A DNA stretch of 64,000 nt from an uncultured Bacteroidales bacterium (GTDB lineage: Bacteria > Bacteroidota > Bacteroidia > Bacteroidales > FEN-979), in the NCBI GenBank assembly GCA_903959905.1, contig CAJBYO010000007.1:8164-72163 (forward strand), given 5' to 3'. A program made the position numbers and the translations under genes. Below are positions 9,608 to 18,578 of this stretch, piece after piece (position 1 is the first letter of the stretch; each line of letters starts with the position of its first letter). Below the pieces are notes generated by a model. The model did not search any database and was not told where the DNA came from. It saw only the letters and a list, made by a program, of their open reading frames with translations.

Positions 9608-10468
9608 TTATTTTGTTGGTTTATACAATTGAATCCCGGAATTCTCCTGATTCGCTTTTTTTTGATCTTTACTGTATGTTGACTCCAGTTTCTTTCTTGA
9701 TGATTCCTTCAGTGTTGATGCTTCCGCTATAAACTTGCTTTCAGGAAACTGCGCTACGAAATCGTTGTAGGCAATGATTGCCTTTGTATAGCGGTCTTTC
9801 TGCTTTTCAAAGATACTTTCCTCTGCAAATTTGTGGTATGACTTAACGATCAGAAAGAGCACCTCTTCTTTATGGGGTGTTTCAGGGAAATCCTTAATGA
9901 TGTTGCTGAGAACCTGGATAGCTGCCGCAAAATCGTCCATCCGGTAATACATTTTGGCGATTTTATATTCCTTGATTCCAAGTTTGAGCCGGAGTTTGTC
10001 AATCAGGTCGTTGCATTCAGAGACTCTTTTGCTGGTAGGATATGTATTGGTGAACAACTGCAGGTCTTTCAGGGCATCATAGGTGACTGTCTGATCAAGA
10101 CTGTATTCAGGCGAGTTAAGGAAATTGCAATAGGCGCTCATGAACATGCACTCTTCTGCCTCCGGCGTGCTAGGGAAATTGGTTGAATACCTTTTGAAAT
10201 AATAAGATGCAAGGGTGAAATCTTTCTGGTTATAGTAACAGTATGCGTAATAGTAAGCGATCTTCTGCGATTTATCCGTTGCGCGCATGACTCCTGTCAA
10301 CTGGTCAAAAAGCTGGAGGGCCCGGGAGTAGTCCTTTCTTTCGTAGAATTTAACAGCAGTCTCATACTTTTCATCCACAGAACCATTCTTCAGGATTTTT
10401 TGAAATTTGCAGGAGGAAAATGAGATCAGCAGGCTGAAAGCAAATAAAAAAATGACCTTATATTTCAT
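9608..10468 (-). CDS. bamD: outer membrane protein assembly factor BamD (TPR lipoprotein)
   Basis: Lipoprotein signal ...LISFSSC followed by repeated TPR-like YxxAxxxF helices. About 286 aa. Conserved synteny with rpoZ and coaBC. Confidence 0.75.
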   Translation of the reverse strand: MKYKVIFLFAFSLLISFSSCKFQKILKNGSVDEKYETAVKFYERKDYSRALQLFDQLTGVMRATDKSQKIAYYYAYCYYNQKDFTLASYYFKRYSTNFPSTPEAEECMFMSAYCNFLNSPEYSLDQTVTYDALKDLQLFTNTYPTSKRVSECNDLIDKLRLKLGIKEYKIAKMYYRMDDFAAAIQVLSNIIKDFPETPHKEEVLFLIVKSYHKFAEESIFEKQKDRYTKAIIAYNDFVAQFPESKFIAEASTLKESSRKKLESTYSKDQKKANQENSGIQLYKPTK

Positions 10469-10555
10469 GGGTGCAAAATTAATACATTATGACGAAATAT
10501 CATAATATAAACAATCAGTAACGCTTTCTACTGTGAAAAAGTATTTGTTTTTTGG

Positions 10556-10563
10556 TACTTTTG
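10556..10563 (+). promoter_or_regulatory. candidate -7 promoter element (TACTTTTG)
   Basis: Exact TAnnTTTG match 49 nt upstream of the GTG start at 10612, in the divergent bamD / oxoamine-synthase spacer. Confidence 0.35.
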
Positions 10564-10611
10564 CAACGGAAACGACCAATTCAAAATTGTAAAACTTAAT
10601 TCATCAGAAAC

Positions 10612-11865
10612 GTGGATATTTTTGACAAAGTTGCAGACAACATGGGCCCGCTTGGCCAATATGCCGACCAGGGTTTTGGCTATTTCTCCTTTCCCAAACT
10701 TGAGGGAGACATTTCAAATCACATGTCATTCAGGGGCAAACCTGTCCTGGTATGGAGCCTGAACAACTACCTGGGCCTGGCAAATCACCCTGAAGTAAGG
10801 CAGGCAGACACCGATGCAACTGAAAGGTTTGGACTTGCTGCCCCCATGGGTGCACGCATGATGTCGGGCCAGACCAAATACCACCAGCAACTGGAACAGG
10901 AACTGGCAGCTTTTGAAGGCAAAGAGGCTGCATACCTGCTGAATTACGGTTACATGGGAATGGTCTCTATCATTGATTCCATGCTTGACCGGCATGATGT
11001 GGTTGTTTATGACTCTGAATCTCATGCCTGTATCCTTGACGGCTTGCGCATGCATATTGGTAAAAGATTTGTTTTCCCTCATAATGACATGGAGAAGTTT
11101 GAAAGCCAGCTCATTCATGCCAGGAAAGTGGCCGATTCAACCGGTGGCGGAATCCTGGTCATCACAGAAGGCGTTTTCGGCATGCCGGGAGATCTTGGCA
11201 ATTTACCGGGCATTCTTCAGTTTAAGGAAAAATACGGCTTCAGGCTTCTTGTTGATGACGCCCACGGATTTGGCACCATGGGCAGCACCGGTGCGGGTAC
11301 GAGCCAGGCGCAAAACGTTATGGAAGGCGTTGACATTTATTTCGGAACCTTTGCCAAGGCCATGGCCGGCATCGGGGGATTTGTTGCAAGTGAAAAGCGG
11401 ATCATCAAGGCGCTCACGTTTAAAATGAGGTCACAGATCTATGCCAAATCACTTCCACTTCCGATGGTGATGGGCTCCCTGAAAAGACTTGACATGATCC
11501 GTACGCATCCTGAATTGCGTGAGAAATTATGGACTGTTGTAAAAGCCTTGCAGGCAGGTTTGCGTGAAAAAGGCTTTGATATTGGGAATACCCAGTCACC
11601 GGTAACACCGGTATTCCTTAAAGGCGGCCCGATTGAGGCAACCCAGGTCATAGCTGACCTGCGTGAGAATTTTGGAATCTTCTGTTCTGTCGTTATTTAC
11701 CCTGTTGTTCCGAAAGGTATCATTATGCTCAGGCTGATTCCAACAGCCGTGCATACACTTGAAGATGTTGACAGAACCATCAATGCGTTTGCCGAGGTGC
11801 GCAAAAACCTGGATGAGAAAAAATATACTCTGGGTGCCATTCCGGCACTTGCAGATAAATTCTGA
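10612..11865 (+). CDS. PLP-dependent alpha-oxoamine synthase family acyltransferase (serine palmitoyltransferase / cysteate-fatty-acyl transferase-like)
   Basis: Class-II aminotransferase fold. LVDDAHGFG and the PLP-lysine motif GTFAKAMAG are present. The N-terminus (MDIFDKVADNMGPLGQYADQGFGYFSFPKLEG) resembles the Bacteroidota sphingolipid/sulfonolipid-type enzymes more than BioF. Substrate cannot be decided by eye. GTG start. Confidence 0.75.
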   Translation: MDIFDKVADNMGPLGQYADQGFGYFSFPKLEGDISNHMSFRGKPVLVWSLNNYLGLANHPEVRQADTDATERFGLAAPMGARMMSGQTKYHQQLEQELAAFEGKEAAYLLNYGYMGMVSIIDSMLDRHDVVVYDSESHACILDGLRMHIGKRFVFPHNDMEKFESQLIHARKVADSTGGGILVITEGVFGMPGDLGNLPGILQFKEKYGFRLLVDDAHGFGTMGSTGAGTSQAQNVMEGVDIYFGTFAKAMAGIGGFVASEKRIIKALTFKMRSQIYAKSLPLPMVMGSLKRLDMIRTHPELREKLWTVVKALQAGLREKGFDIGNTQSPVTPVFLKGGPIEATQVIADLRENFGIFCSVVIYPVVPKGIIMLRLIPTAVHTLEDVDRTINAFAEVRKNLDEKKYTLGAIPALADKF

Positions 11866-11867
11866 CA

Positions 11868-12797
11868 ATGCACAACCGTAAACTCCGGGCAGGAAACAGG
11901 TTTTACGTTATTTACCGCAAAATCAGGTTTCTTTCAAAGAGAGGTTCGCTTTTTACATCTTCAAAAAAGGACAATTCAGGACGAATTAGAATCCCGGGTC
12001 GGGATTTTAATGTCATTTCTTTCAACTCCCTGCTGCTTTTTCTTACGGCATACTTCATCATATACTGCCTGAACCTGTTTGTTACCGGCTATTCCGCGAT
12101 CATATTCAATATTCCGGTCGTTGTGTACTATCACGATGTTGATTACCTTATCAGGGGGATTGACTGGACCCCGGATTCGGTATCGGGCGTTTTCAGCAGC
12201 GGCCCCATCGCCATGTTCGTGCTGACCCTTTTTATGCTGATCCTTTATAAGACCGTTGAAACTGAAAAAGGCATTTTAAAACTGCTGCTTATCTGGATGA
12301 TTTTCCATGCTTTTACCAGGGTTTTTGGCGAGATTCTGATTGGCGCCATCCTAAACAAGGGTTTTGGTTTTGTCATCCTGTACCTTTTCCTGATGGATAC
12401 CGGCAAGGTTATCCTTACCATCTTCGGCTTTGTTGCCATGTTCTCCATCGGACTTATACTGACACGCCCAGCACTGTATACTGCCAACATTTATTTCAAC
12501 GATCTCCACAGCAGTTACAGGTCAAAATTCATCTTCCGGCAGTTCATACTTCCGTTTATCATCGGGAACATATTGATCTTTCTGATCAAATTGCCTCAAT
12601 ATAACTACTTCGACATCGGAGTAAATGCCTCCATGGTATTGATTCTCATACCTGTAATGGTAAGGGGTCTCGGAATGGCAGACTTCTATTTTGATGAAGA
12701 TCCAAGGATGGTCAGGAGGAATTACACGCTACTCCTGGCGACGATGCTTTTTGTGATCCTGTTCCGCGTTGTACTGGGGATTGGTGTCAGGCTGTAA
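11868..12797 (+). CDS. uncharacterised polytopic inner-membrane protein
   Basis: About 7-8 hydrophobic segments after a basic N-terminus. The ATG lies 2 nt after the stop of the oxoamine synthase, which suggests translational or operonic coupling. No recognisable catalytic motif. Confidence 0.6.
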   Translation: MHNRKLRAGNRFYVIYRKIRFLSKRGSLFTSSKKDNSGRIRIPGRDFNVISFNSLLLFLTAYFIIYCLNLFVTGYSAIIFNIPVVVYYHDVDYLIRGIDWTPDSVSGVFSSGPIAMFVLTLFMLILYKTVETEKGILKLLLIWMIFHAFTRVFGEILIGAILNKGFGFVILYLFLMDTGKVILTIFGFVAMFSIGLILTRPALYTANIYFNDLHSSYRSKFIFRQFILPFIIGNILIFLIKLPQYNYFDIGVNASMVLILIPVMVRGLGMADFYFDEDPRMVRRNYTLLLATMLFVILFRVVLGIGVRL

Positions 12798-12806
12798 CCA
12801 AAGCTG

Positions 12807-14540
12807 TTACCGTTTGATAACAAGTTTGTCAATATAGATCCTGTATCCTGAATTAAACCGCAGATAATAAAGTCCTTCCGGCAAACCGGGCACATCGATT
12901 TCCACCGTGGAATTTCCTGAAAACCTGTTAATATCAGAGGAGTATACCACTGCTCCGAGGGTATTGATTACCTGGATTGAGCAGGATGGATTAATGGGGT
13001 GCTCGGGCAGAATTAGCCTGAAATGGCCATCTGACGGGTTGGGATAGACAATGACTGAATTCATGGTTTTATCCTGGGCATCATACGTCAGGGGACGAAG
13101 CTGAACATTCAGAATGGTAGTCGCCCAATTTGACACACTGACATTTTTTATTGTCTTGGTGTAATAACCTGGGGCGCTGAAGGTTACATTGTACTGCCCT
13201 TCATATATAGGCCGTGCATAAAAACCGGTGGTTCCGCGGGAATAAACTTCAGAAAAATCTTTGTCATGACCCTGGATAAACACCTTGGCAGCTACAGGGA
13301 GATCAGTTACGGTGTCTGTAACAAGTCCGTTAAATCCATAATGCGACTCCTTGATGAAGTTCAGAAATGACCGGTAATTATAATCCCAGTATGAAAGTAA
13401 CTGGTTTACCGGCAGTATTTTAATGTCAGATATTTCAACGGTTACTTCACGGCAATTGTGCCAGTAGTTCATATAATCCTGGCGGCCGCCGTTAATTTCG
13501 TACCATGCATAACCATTGGTAATGCCGTTGTTCATAAAGGTAAAATATCCGGAAGGGCTGTGCTGATGAACCGTATCTGCCCATTCGCGTCCAACCAGCT
13601 GCCACCAGTTATCGTCGGCGGCGAGCCTTGGCCACGTATCCCACGGGTAGTTGAATACTTCGGCTCCGCCATGAAAATTGGCCGACATGTTGAAATGGTT
13701 GTTATCGGCATAGTCCATCCATGCAATGGTTTCCGGTTGCCAGGGGTTGCCGTCGGGATGGTCACCCAGTTTCGGATCCCGGAAATTACGGTTAAGGTCA
13801 ATATTGTTTGCGTTATACCTCACCGCTCCGTAAACAGAGTTGTTGCCGCCGCGATAAGTTCCGTCGGGGTTGGCGAGGGGGTTGATGCAAATTTCAGTGG
13901 TATTGATCAGGTTTGTAACCGTTGGGTCAGTACCGTAGTTTGCCAGCAGGTAATCAATCAGGTGCATCATGAGGATATAGCCTGTAACTTCATCGCCGTG
14001 AAGGCTTGATGTATAAAGGAACTGAGGCTCTGCTTCTTCCACGCTGATGTTCTGGCTTATCCGTAAGGTGAGAATCAGCCTGCCCTGGATGGACGTTCCA
14101 ACCGTATCAAGCCTGCAGATATCGGGATGACTGCCCGCGAATCCAGCCATATAATCAAGATACTGCTGATAGGTTGGGTAAAAATCCCATTGCGTAAGTG
14201 CATTTCCCGGACGATTAACATTACTGCGGCTTAGTTCTGCTGCACTCAGCAATGTGCCCGGATGGGGCAGGATTTTATAATCCAGGTTGTATTGCAGAAA
14301 ATCAGAGAATTCCTTTTTGCTTGCATATGCCTGAACAACATTCCCTTTGACATTGTCTATGGAAATCACCCTTGTCAGCGTGTGGATGTCGGCCTTGTCG
14401 GCCAGTATAAACGTGAAGTAAACCTCGCTCCTCCCTTGAAAGAGGCTGTCAGGTAAATTTGAATTGCCCGACTGGGAGAATATTGAAAAGGATGAAAAAA
14501 GGGAGGAGAATATTAATAGAGAGCGTATTAAATTTTTCAT
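12807..14540 (-). CDS. M14-family zinc carboxypeptidase with T9SS C-terminal sorting domain
   Basis: Zn-binding HGDEVTG (HxxE) and the later NFHGGAEV. C-terminal YPNPSDGHFRL...LYYLRFNSGYRIYIDKLVIKR is a typical Por/T9SS CTD. I chose the internal start MKNLIRSLLIFSSLF... (14540), which removes the overlap with dapA. Confidence 0.85.
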   Translation of the reverse strand: MKNLIRSLLIFSSLFSSFSIFSQSGNSNLPDSLFQGRSEVYFTFILADKADIHTLTRVISIDNVKGNVVQAYASKKEFSDFLQYNLDYKILPHPGTLLSAAELSRSNVNRPGNALTQWDFYPTYQQYLDYMAGFAGSHPDICRLDTVGTSIQGRLILTLRISQNISVEEAEPQFLYTSSLHGDEVTGYILMMHLIDYLLANYGTDPTVTNLINTTEICINPLANPDGTYRGGNNSVYGAVRYNANNIDLNRNFRDPKLGDHPDGNPWQPETIAWMDYADNNHFNMSANFHGGAEVFNYPWDTWPRLAADDNWWQLVGREWADTVHQHSPSGYFTFMNNGITNGYAWYEINGGRQDYMNYWHNCREVTVEISDIKILPVNQLLSYWDYNYRSFLNFIKESHYGFNGLVTDTVTDLPVAAKVFIQGHDKDFSEVYSRGTTGFYARPIYEGQYNVTFSAPGYYTKTIKNVSVSNWATTILNVQLRPLTYDAQDKTMNSVIVYPNPSDGHFRLILPEHPINPSCSIQVINTLGAVVYSSDINRFSGNSTVEIDVPGLPEGLYYLRFNSGYRIYIDKLVIKR

Positions 14541-14541
14541 A

Positions 14542-15435
14542 CTATTTTTCAAGTTGACCAACAAGATGTTGAATTTGTTTATAAACCTCCTGGTTTACCG
14601 GAACCAATGGCAGCCTCAAATAGTTGCTGCACAATTTCTTAATTTCGAGGGCAGCCTTAATCCCGCCCGGACTTCCGTCAAGGAACAAGGCGTTGGTGAA
14701 ATCTACCAGGTCATAGTGGATCCTTCTGGCAGCATTAAAATCGCCTGCCATCGAAAGCCTGACCATGTCGGAAAACTGTTTTGGATATGCATTTGCTATT
14801 ACTGAAATTACACCGTCGGCCCCTGCCGCAATAAGCGGCATTGTTAAACCGTCGTCGCCCGAAAGGACGAGGAAATCCTTCGGCCGGTTTTTGATTACCT
14901 GGTAAATCTGGTCAAAATTACCGGAGGCCTCTTTAATCCCGACGATATTTTTGAAGTCATTTGCAAGACGCAAGGTTGTTTCAGCTGCAATATTGCTACC
15001 AGTTCTGCCTGGCACAGTATAGAGGATAACCGGCACGGGGCTCGTCTCCGCAATCACTTTAAAGTGCTGGTAAATTCCCTCCTGTTTTGGTTTGGAGTAG
15101 TATGGACAAACTGAGAGAATTCCGTCTACACCTTTAAGGGGCGTGCGGTGAATGGCAAGCACTACATCTGCAGTACTGTTCCCCCCAATTCCAACAACGA
15201 GGGGCACGCGTTTGTTTATTGCTTTAACCGAGAATTCGACCAGGGCTTTTTTTTCGGGTTTTGATACCGTTGGTGATTCGCCAGTTGTACCCAGGACAAC
15301 GATAAAGTCAACCCCGCCATTGATTACATGATCAACGATCTGCGCATAGGCATCAAAATCAATAGCACCGGACTTTTTGAAGGGCGTGACAATCGCCACA
15401 CCGGTTCCCTTGAATTTATTAAATCCTTTTCGCAT
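14542..15435 (-). CDS. dapA: 4-hydroxy-tetrahydrodipicolinate synthase
   Basis: GTGVAIVTPF...VVLGTTGESPT...GIKEASG (Schiff-base Lys). 297 aa. Confidence 0.92.
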   Translation of the reverse strand: MRKGFNKFKGTGVAIVTPFKKSGAIDFDAYAQIVDHVINGGVDFIVVLGTTGESPTVSKPEKKALVEFSVKAINKRVPLVVGIGGNSTADVVLAIHRTPLKGVDGILSVCPYYSKPKQEGIYQHFKVIAETSPVPVILYTVPGRTGSNIAAETTLRLANDFKNIVGIKEASGNFDQIYQVIKNRPKDFLVLSGDDGLTMPLIAAGADGVISVIANAYPKQFSDMVRLSMAGDFNAARRIHYDLVDFTNALFLDGSPGGIKAALEIKKLCSNYLRLPLVPVNQEVYKQIQHLVGQLEK

Positions 15436-15973
15436 TTGAATTGATCACGGTAAGATAGTGTTGAACCTGGCCGAGGTACTCTTCTGATGTCATCGTTGGT
15501 TTAAAATCAATCATCAGGTCATAGTATTCCGTGTTTTCCTCCGAGAATTTACCAACACGGCACAGCGCCTTTGACAGTCCGGAAATGTACTTTAACGGGA
15601 AACTGTCGTGCAGGCTCAGATCGATCAGGAGGTCAAATTCCTTTTCAATGAAATCTTTAACCTGGGTATGGATTGGTTTATAAAACCAAGTCAGATCACG
15701 CTTTGAGAAAAAGTCGTACGACAATTTCGGCAAAAAGCGCTGGATCAGATTTTTGTTTTTAACAAATCCAAGGGCTTTAACCTCTTTGTGGTCACCCTGC
15801 AACCTGGAAACAAACTCAGAAACGCGCTCATAATCAGGAACATCGTTTAATGTGTATAATATGCCGATTCTTTTGGCGTCTTTGAGATTGGTCATCTGGC
15901 AGGTACGATCGGAACGTGATTGTTCTTTCCGATAGTAGTATTCGCCTATTTTAATTCTAAGTTTACCAAACAT
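15419..15973 (-). CDS. conserved hypothetical protein
   Basis: 184-aa ORF overlapping the dapA start by 17 nt, consistent with an operon. No motif I can assign. Confidence 0.55.
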   Translation of the reverse strand: MFGKLRIKIGEYYYRKEQSRSDRTCQMTNLKDAKRIGILYTLNDVPDYERVSEFVSRLQGDHKEVKALGFVKNKNLIQRFLPKLSYDFFSKRDLTWFYKPIHTQVKDFIEKEFDLLIDLSLHDSFPLKYISGLSKALCRVGKFSEENTEYYDLMIDFKPTMTSEEYLGQVQHYLTVINSNAKRI

Positions 15974-16105
15974 AATTTCAGTTAATTATTCATTTAGACT
16001 GATTTGCAAAGATAATGATTCTGATCGAACCTTACAAAATGCAGGATCAAGTTTAATAAACGCATGGTTTTTTTCCATAGTATGATTTGCTGTGTTAATA
16101 AAATA

Positions 16106-16113
16106 TAAATTTG
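16106..16113 (+). promoter_or_regulatory. candidate -7 promoter element (TAAATTTG)
   Basis: Exact TAnnTTTG match 19 nt upstream of the ATG at 16132. It lies partly inside the longer 16111 ORF call, which argues for the 16132 start. Confidence 0.4.
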
Positions 16114-16131
16114 TGTGTTTTCCATCCAACT

Positions 16132-16899
16132 ATGAAAATTATCTTCCTTGGTACCGGAACATCCCAGGGTGTACCCGTTATTGCATGTGATTGTGAGGTT
16201 TGCAGGTCGTCTGACCCGCGCGACAGGCGGTTGCGCTCGTCCATCCTGGTCGAAGTGGACGGGCTGAGACTCGTGGTAGACTGCGGGCCGGATTTCAGAC
16301 AGCAGATGCTTCGGGAGAATGTCAGGTCAATTGATGCCATCCTGGTCACGCATGGCCACAAGGATCATCTTGGCGGGCTGGATGATGTCAGGGCGTTTAA
16401 TTATGTGAACAAGCGCCCTGCCGACGTGTATGCATCCACTGATGTTCAACGGATCATCAAACGTGAATTTTCCTATGCTTTCAAGCGAAATCCGTACCCG
16501 GGAGTTCCTGAATTTGTGTTGCATCGGCTCACAAACAAACCGTTCAGCATCCAACAGCAGAAAATCATTCCCATAAAGGCACTTCATTATAAAGCAGACC
16601 AGTTTGTGTTTGGTTTTCGGATCAATGATTTTACCTATATAACGGATGCAGTAAATATTTCAGAGAAAGAGAAAAGCAAAATAAGGGGTTCCAGGGTTAT
16701 TGTTCTTAATGCCCTCCGGAAACAAAAACACTACTCCCACTTTAATCTGGAAGAGGCCCTTGTACTGTTGAACGAATTCAAACCTGAACAGGGATACCTG
16801 ACACATATCAGCCACCAGATGGGTAAATATGAATCGGTGAGCAGAGAATTGCCCTCTTTCGTTCAACTTGCCCGGGACGGCCTCACATTGTCTTTCTGA
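16132..16899 (+). CDS. MBL-fold metallo-hydrolase (PhnP/RNase Z-like)
   Basis: MKIIFLGTGTSQGVP...VTHGHKDHLGG (HxHxDH motif). Confidence 0.8.
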   Translation: MKIIFLGTGTSQGVPVIACDCEVCRSSDPRDRRLRSSILVEVDGLRLVVDCGPDFRQQMLRENVRSIDAILVTHGHKDHLGGLDDVRAFNYVNKRPADVYASTDVQRIIKREFSYAFKRNPYPGVPEFVLHRLTNKPFSIQQQKIIPIKALHYKADQFVFGFRINDFTYITDAVNISEKEKSKIRGSRVIVLNALRKQKHYSHFNLEEALVLLNEFKPEQGYLTHISHQMGKYESVSRELPSFVQLARDGLTLSF

Positions 16900-18508
16900 C
16901 ACGCTTTAACGTGAGCAGGTTCATGGGGTTGCTGCCCAGCCCCTGCACATTCTTCTGAACAAACCTAAGAACCTGGTCATAATAGAGGATCACCACAGGG
17001 GCTTCAGCCATCATGATTTCCTCCATTTCCCGATAATAGCTATACCTGAGCGAGTCATTCACCGTTGCCATTGATTTTTCGTACAACAGATCAAAATCGG
17101 GGTTTGAAAAATGTGTGTAATTTGGGCCTTTCGGACAGAAGTTCCTGGAATAGAACATAGAAAGGTAGTTTTCGGCATCGGGGTAGTCGGCGATCCACGA
17201 AGCGCGGAAAAATGGAAGTTTTGCTTCTGCCTTCATCTCTTTGACTGCCGCGGGGGGGCTTACTTCTATTTTGAGGTCAATCCCGATGGCAGACACCTGG
17301 TGCTGGATGTATTTACAGATATCCAGGTAATCAGATGTTGAAGTAAGCGTAATTACAGGCAGCCCCCTGCCGTCGGGGTACCCGGCGATTTTAAGCAGTT
17401 GCCGGGCCTTCTCCGGGTTGTAATCGTAGAAAAGATGGGTGGAGTCGAATGACGGCAATCCTTTAGGCGTGATCCCCTGGCATCCCGGGATCCCGATGTT
17501 GTTGCGCAGGTAGCGGATCATTTTTTTTCGGTCAAAAGCATAGTTAACGGCCTGCCTTATCTCTCTGGACGGAACAGTCAGTTTCACTCCCTGTGATGTG
17601 CCAACCATAAACCCGAGGTACTCTGTATTCAGGTATGGCTGGGTTATCAGGTCAATTTTTGAAGCAAACTTTGGCTGAAGTTTACCCTCCCGGGTAAGCA
17701 GTTCATCCTTGTATGTAGGGTCAATGCCCGACATGAGATCAATTTTACCTTTGATGAACTCAAGGAAGGCAGATTGTTTGTCAGGAACAAAAGTGATGGC
17801 TACTGCATCAAGAAACGGCAGCCTGAGGTTATTTTCAAACTCAAAATATGCCTGGTTTTTTACAAATACCAGTTTAACTCCTTCCTTCCACATTTTGAAC
17901 ATGAAAGGTCCCGTCCCCACAGGGTTTCTCCTGAATTCACTGCCAAAATAACCAACTGCCTCATGGGGCAATACTGAACAGTACTGCATGCTTAACAACC
18001 TGAGAAAAGGCGGGAAAGGCTGTTCAAGATGAATGATGAAGGTTGAGTCATCAGGAGCCTCAAATGCCCCCTGTGGTCCTTGTTTCCGCACGTTGTTAAA
18101 AAGCCAGGCACCGGGTGAGGCAATCTTCGGATCCATAATCCGGTTAAAGGAATAGACAAAATCACCGGCAACAACCTTGCGGCCTTTCCCGTCCAGAAAA
18201 GCGGAACTGTTGTGGAAGTAGACGTCATTACGAAGGTGGAAAACATAATCAAGGCCTGAATTTGAAATTTCCCATCTGCCGGCAATACACGGCATGGTCT
18301 CCATCCGGTCATTCAGTTGAACAAGGCCGTTATAGAGTTGATTTACAGCCCATATTATGGTCTGATCCCTGGCAAATGCAGGGTCAAGTGTTGATATATT
18401 GGCAGCTTCATTGTAACGAAAAACAGTCTTGCCCTGCTCGGCGACGGGTGATGAACAGGAATATAAAATCAGGGACAAAACAATGTAAATGAGCAGTGTT
18501 TTCTTCAT
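16883..18508 (-). CDS. ABC transporter substrate-binding lipoprotein, family 5 (peptide/nickel type)
   Basis: Lipoprotein signal MKKTLLIYIVLSLILYSC. About 540 aa with the SBP_bac_5-like pattern (FRYNEAANISTLDPA...). I chose the internal start at 18508. Confidence 0.75.
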   Translation of the reverse strand: MKKTLLIYIVLSLILYSCSSPVAEQGKTVFRYNEAANISTLDPAFARDQTIIWAVNQLYNGLVQLNDRMETMPCIAGRWEISNSGLDYVFHLRNDVYFHNSSAFLDGKGRKVVAGDFVYSFNRIMDPKIASPGAWLFNNVRKQGPQGAFEAPDDSTFIIHLEQPFPPFLRLLSMQYCSVLPHEAVGYFGSEFRRNPVGTGPFMFKMWKEGVKLVFVKNQAYFEFENNLRLPFLDAVAITFVPDKQSAFLEFIKGKIDLMSGIDPTYKDELLTREGKLQPKFASKIDLITQPYLNTEYLGFMVGTSQGVKLTVPSREIRQAVNYAFDRKKMIRYLRNNIGIPGCQGITPKGLPSFDSTHLFYDYNPEKARQLLKIAGYPDGRGLPVITLTSTSDYLDICKYIQHQVSAIGIDLKIEVSPPAAVKEMKAEAKLPFFRASWIADYPDAENYLSMFYSRNFCPKGPNYTHFSNPDFDLLYEKSMATVNDSLRYSYYREMEEIMMAEAPVVILYYDQVLRFVQKNVQGLGSNPMNLLTLKRVRKTM

Positions 18509-18539
18509 AGGCAGGCACAAAAATATTGGAAAAATTCAT

Positions 18540-18547
18540 TAATTTTG
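18540..18547 (+). promoter_or_regulatory. candidate -7 promoter element (TAATTTTG)
   Basis: Exact TAnnTTTG match 32 nt upstream of the M1 peptidase ATG at 18579. Confidence 0.4.
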
Positions 18548-18578
18548 TTAATTATTTCACCTACCAAACCTAAATCTC

